Shown here one piece after another: positions 60,171 through 64,000 of a stretch of 64,000 nt of DNA (its first letter is position 1; the number at the start of each line of letters is the position of its first letter). The position numbers and the translations under genes are program-made. The DNA is from Gekko japonicus (lineage: Eukaryota), in assembly GCF_001447785.1 (NCBI RefSeq), contig NW_015170311.1, positions 380,400 to 444,399 of the forward strand, given 5' to 3'. The notes below the pieces were generated by a model, which was not told the origin of the DNA, made no database searches, and worked only from the letters and a program-made list of their open reading frames with translations.

Positions 60171-60770
60171 TAGGGTTGCCAGGTCCATCTTCGTCCCCAG
60201 TGCGGGACTTTGGGTGGTGTTCCTGGAGGGGGCAGGGCATCCCCAATGTGATGATGTCATGTTGGGACATCCCGGCTCCAAGCCCCAGCCCCACAGGGAT
60301 GGTTCTGCCGGCTGCGAGCCACAGCTGGAGGGCCCTGTGCACCCGATCTCCGAGCAGCATTGCCACTGGGAAATTGGGCATGCTGGGCCCTTTAGCCCTG
60401 GCTGCCTGTACTTAAAGGTTTCCCTTTAAGTGCAGGCAGCCAGAAGGCCCCGCACACCCAATTTCCAATTGGGAATGCTGCTCAGAGATCAGGCGCACGG
60501 GCTGCCTCCGCTTAAAGGGTTCCCTTTAAGTGCAGGCAGCCAGAGGGCCCCGTACGCCCAAACTCCAAGTGAGAATGCAGCTCAGAGATCAGGTGCAGGG
60601 CCCACAGCTGCCCCTCTCCCTCCTCTCTCTCAAGAGAAGGGAGAGGGTTGGCTGCAGGTATTGGGGCTTGGGGGTGGGGCTTCCCCCACTAGTCAGCTGG
60701 CTGGCAGCAGGTTCAACCTCCCCCCAAAAAGTGGGTAACCCCCGCCAAACCGGGGGATCTGGCAACCGTA
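60171..60770. mobile_element. hAT-type MITE, 600 bp, inserted in a SINE head
   Basis: TIR TAGGGTTGCCAG / CTGGCAACCGTA. Perfect TSD GTGGTTAG. Internal repeated CTTAAAGG..CCCTTTAAG hairpins. Confidence 0.85.
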
Positions 60771-60990
60771 GTGGTTAGAGTGTTGGACTACAGCCTGGGA
60801 AACCCAGGCTTGAATCCCCACTCTGTCACAGAACCTTGCTGAGTGACCTTGGGCCAGTCATGCACTTTCAGTCTATCCTACCTTACAGGGTGGTTGTGAA
60901 GATGAAATGGAGGAGAGGAGAATGATATAAGCCACTTTGACTCCTCCACTTGGGAGGAAGGTGGAGTATAAATGAAGTAAATACAAATAA
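60771..60990 (+). mobile_element. CORE/MIR-like SINE
   Basis: GTGGTTAGAGTGTTGGACTA head, GTGACCTTGGGCCAGTCA, CCTACCTTACAGGG core, and GTATAAATGAAGTAAATA tail. Confidence 0.8.
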
Positions 60991-61948
60991 GTATCAGTTC
61001 CCCTGGAGGAAGTGCCAGCTTCAGAAAGTATACTTTACAGAATTACAAGGGAGAAATCTCAAATAGCAGAAACATTGCTGAAATTATGCTCATTGTGCAC
61101 TAGCAGAAAAGTAGGTCACACTGTATCAATGAAAAAGTATGGCGTTAGCACTGTTCTTCAAGGTGAACACTCAGAACTAATTTTAACAGAAGATATGATT
61201 TTGAAATAACGGATTTGATCCATGTTTGTGAACTAATGCAATTTCTATTTATATATGCATGCAGTGAAACACAATGCTTTAAATCATACAATTTGTATTA
61301 TTTAGGACTCTATTCCATGGAAAACAAGAGACAGCACAATATAGAACTGAACAGAATAGCCCTAGATCTATTTTCTTTCCCGTGCTCAAATAATTATTAT
61401 AAAAGTGTCACATTCCTTTTAAGCTTGCTTACCCTTTATAATGTGCATATCATTCCTCTGGCAGCCTACGCCTCAGAATCTCTCCCACACCGACCAGTTT
61501 CCAGATTTTATTGTTTTTTCATCAACAAAAGAGCCAAAGACTACATCTTTACTACAAGCTACACAAAATTGCTATAGTCTTGAATTTCCAACAAGACAGA
61601 GATTCAAACCTTGCCTACAGCTATGGAATAGTGATTTCCTACCTTCTCCTGATCACATGGTTGGATTTATTTGTTTCAGGTAGAGTGTAGTTAAACTACA
61701 GAAAGATGAGGTATGGGATCTGAGTCTGGCATTAATTCATCTGTCCTCACATTTCTGTCTAGTCTAAGGATATTTGTCCCATGCCACAACTCTGCAACTG
61801 CAGTGTACATGGGGATTCTGAATTGTGCATGTACTCAGTGTTTGTAGAGCCTCCATTATGCCCAGACAAGACAGGTCTTGGCCTTTCACCAGACTACCTA
61901 CCCACTCTAAATAGGTTTATTCTCCAGAATAAAGCATAGAAAAGTGTT

Positions 61949-62000
61949 TCCCCAGTCCCTTTCAATACAGAACTCCCCAGTCCCTTTCAATACAGAACTC
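61949..62000. repeat. 25-bp tandem duplication
   Basis: TCCCCAGTCCCTTTCAATACAGAAC occurs twice. Confidence 0.9.
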
Positions 62001-62722
62001 AAAGTTTTCATTCCTTTACAAGACTCATGCAAACCAGGCAGTAATCTGGGGTGTGGCTTTGTTTTAAAGTGAAGGTTCTGTCCATCCTCTCACATTTAAA
62101 CAGTTGCCCATAGTGTGATGGACTCTCACTAGAAACAGCCAGAAGTCTGCATACTGCCTCTATGGGACCAAGTCTACCCCTTCCAAAGATTCATAAGAAC
62201 TGTAGGAAAGTATTTGACTGGAAAGCTTAACAGCATGAGCAACAACCATAAGACTGCTTCCATGCACATACAATGCCACTAGCAGTTCTCACTGGAAGTA
62301 CAAACGGCTGGATGTAACCGGATGAAAAAGAAAGGGACACACACACCCTTGACTGCCCAAAATGCTATGTTTGGGGTCAACGGGCCTGCACGGATAGCCA
62401 TGTAGAACAGGGGCAAATTGGGTTAGGGTTAGGCAAATTGGCTCAGAATGAGTGAGAAAGCTGTCTGGATCCAACCCAAAGCTTACAAATACATTTTGCA
62501 TCAGTCAGAATGCTCTGCTGCATGACATAAAAATAAATGTGTGTGAAGTTCTTGCCACTGCTTGTTTATATGTAAGCTTAAACTTTACATCATTCAGTAC
62601 TGACGGATGAACTAATTTCTTAACCAGCTGCTTTCTATACTGGCTCCCATATTCAACTGAATTGAGTTTTTAAAGCAATAATGGAATGATGAGAAACTAG
62701 AGAGAAGTTGGGCTAGTATCCC

Positions 62723-62926
62723 TGGGACTGCCAACCTCCAAGTGGCAGCTGGAGGTCTCCTGGGATTACAACTGATCTCCAGGCGACCGAGACCAGTTCC
62801 CTTGAAGAGAACGGCTGCTATGGCATTATACTCCACTGAAGCCCCGCCTCTCCCCAAACCCCCACCCTCCCCAGGCTCCACCCCTAAAATCTCCAGGTAT
62901 TTCCCAACTCGGAGCTAGCAACCCTA
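62723..62926 (+). mobile_element. hAT-type MITE (TAGGGTTGCCA family)
   Basis: Degenerate TIRs. Interior matches the 17085 and 42850 copies. Confidence 0.75.
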
Positions 62927-63030
62927 GTTACCCTTCTATGTGTTTATATACTACAACAATTTTACCATAACTTTAATAAAATCATGAGAAACTGTGAAGA
63001 AGTTAGTGTTATTATTTTCATTTGTAGTCT

Positions 63031-63315
63031 AGAAGAAGAAGAAGAGTTTGGATTTATACCCCGCCCTTCACTACCCAAAGGTGTCTCAGAGCGGCTTACA
63101 AACGCCTTTCCCTTCCCCTCCCCCCACAACAGACACCCTGTGAGGTAGGTGGGGCTGAGAGAACTCTTGACAGAAACTGCTCTTTTTCAAGGACAGCTCT
63201 TATCAGAGCTATGGCTTGCCCAAGGTCATCCAGCCAGATGCAAGTGGAGGAGTGGGGAATCAAACCCGGTTCTCCCAGATTAGAGTCCGCACACTTAACC
63301 ACTACACCAAACTGT
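63031..63315 (-). mobile_element. tRNA-derived CORE/MIR-like SINE (Squam3-like)
   Basis: Same family as 721-1011. Confidence 0.88.
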
Positions 63316-64000
63316 CTACTACTCTTACTGAGACTCAAGGTGGATTACAAGTATGATAAACTTTTCAGTCGATCAGTGAACAGTTACAAAATATGGCTAC
63401 AATATGTGAACAGCAAAGATTCCTGGTAAGACAGAACAATACTGATGGGCTGGGACTCCAGAAAAGGGGGGGGGGAGAGAACAACGTATGCAAATATATC
63501 TGCTTAGGCAAAGTATAGGAAAAACTTTATCCCTAAGCAAGTCACTTCCTAAACTGATCCATTAAGTTGCACTTTTTCTCCTTTTACAAGAATGCCCTCC
63601 TGAACAATTCTGTTTTAGACAGTTTGCGAAGTGATACAAGCGTGGGGGCCTTTCTGACAGCCTCAGGCAGAACCTTCCATAATGCAGGAGCCACAATACA
63701 GGATATGTGTGAACAGGCGATTGCCAACTAGGTTTTGTGGTAGTAATAATTATAACATTTGTTCCTTAAAACAAAAAACCCTGAAGGCTGAAAAAAAATG
63801 TCTAACTCTCAAAATTTGGGGGCTGACTCCTTGAGCCAAAGAAAATTTGTCAAGGCCTGCTTAACAAATAGCTAAATAATTTAAATTGCACATGTTCTTT
63901 AACCCCTTTCCTAGTTATTTCCTGTCTCTTCTTCTTCAAGAGACTTTTCAAAACTTGCATTCATGTTTTTTATGCACATAAGCAATGAAACACAAGGACT

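Overview
This is eukaryotic vertebrate DNA, most likely from a squamate reptile; gecko-like is an inference from the SINE and MITE repertoire. It comes from a gapped assembly with three N-runs. The only host gene I can support is RAPGEF5 (MR-GEF/Repac, an Epac paralogue) on the minus strand. Eight internal GT-AG coding exons (58514 down to 25578) splice with consistent phases into one open 774-nt (258-aa) segment covering the DEP domain and a degenerate cyclic-nucleotide-binding region. The first exon and the REM/RA/CDC25 exons lie outside the window. The rest is intron packed with transposable elements: L2, CR1, RTE/BovB, an ORF1-only L1-like element, Penelope-like inverted-repeat remnants with hammerhead-type cores, tRNA- and 5S-derived SINEs, and many hAT and Tigger-type MITEs, several with readable target-site duplications (TSDs). 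The most notable observations are: (1) a 2.84-kb hAT-type element with a perfect 8-bp TSD that encloses GC-rich, apparently captured DNA (Pack-hAT-like); (2) a TSD-flanked Half-L1-like element whose ORF1 reads in frame into a CR1 ORF2 C-terminus; (3) a perfect, loopless 168-bp palindrome inside a decayed MITE; (4) hammerhead-like cores in Penelope remnants; (5) a candidate in-frame alternative terminal exon of RAPGEF5. Repeat-family names come from recalled motifs, not database searches. Most short ORFs in the supplied track are chance or repeat-derived.
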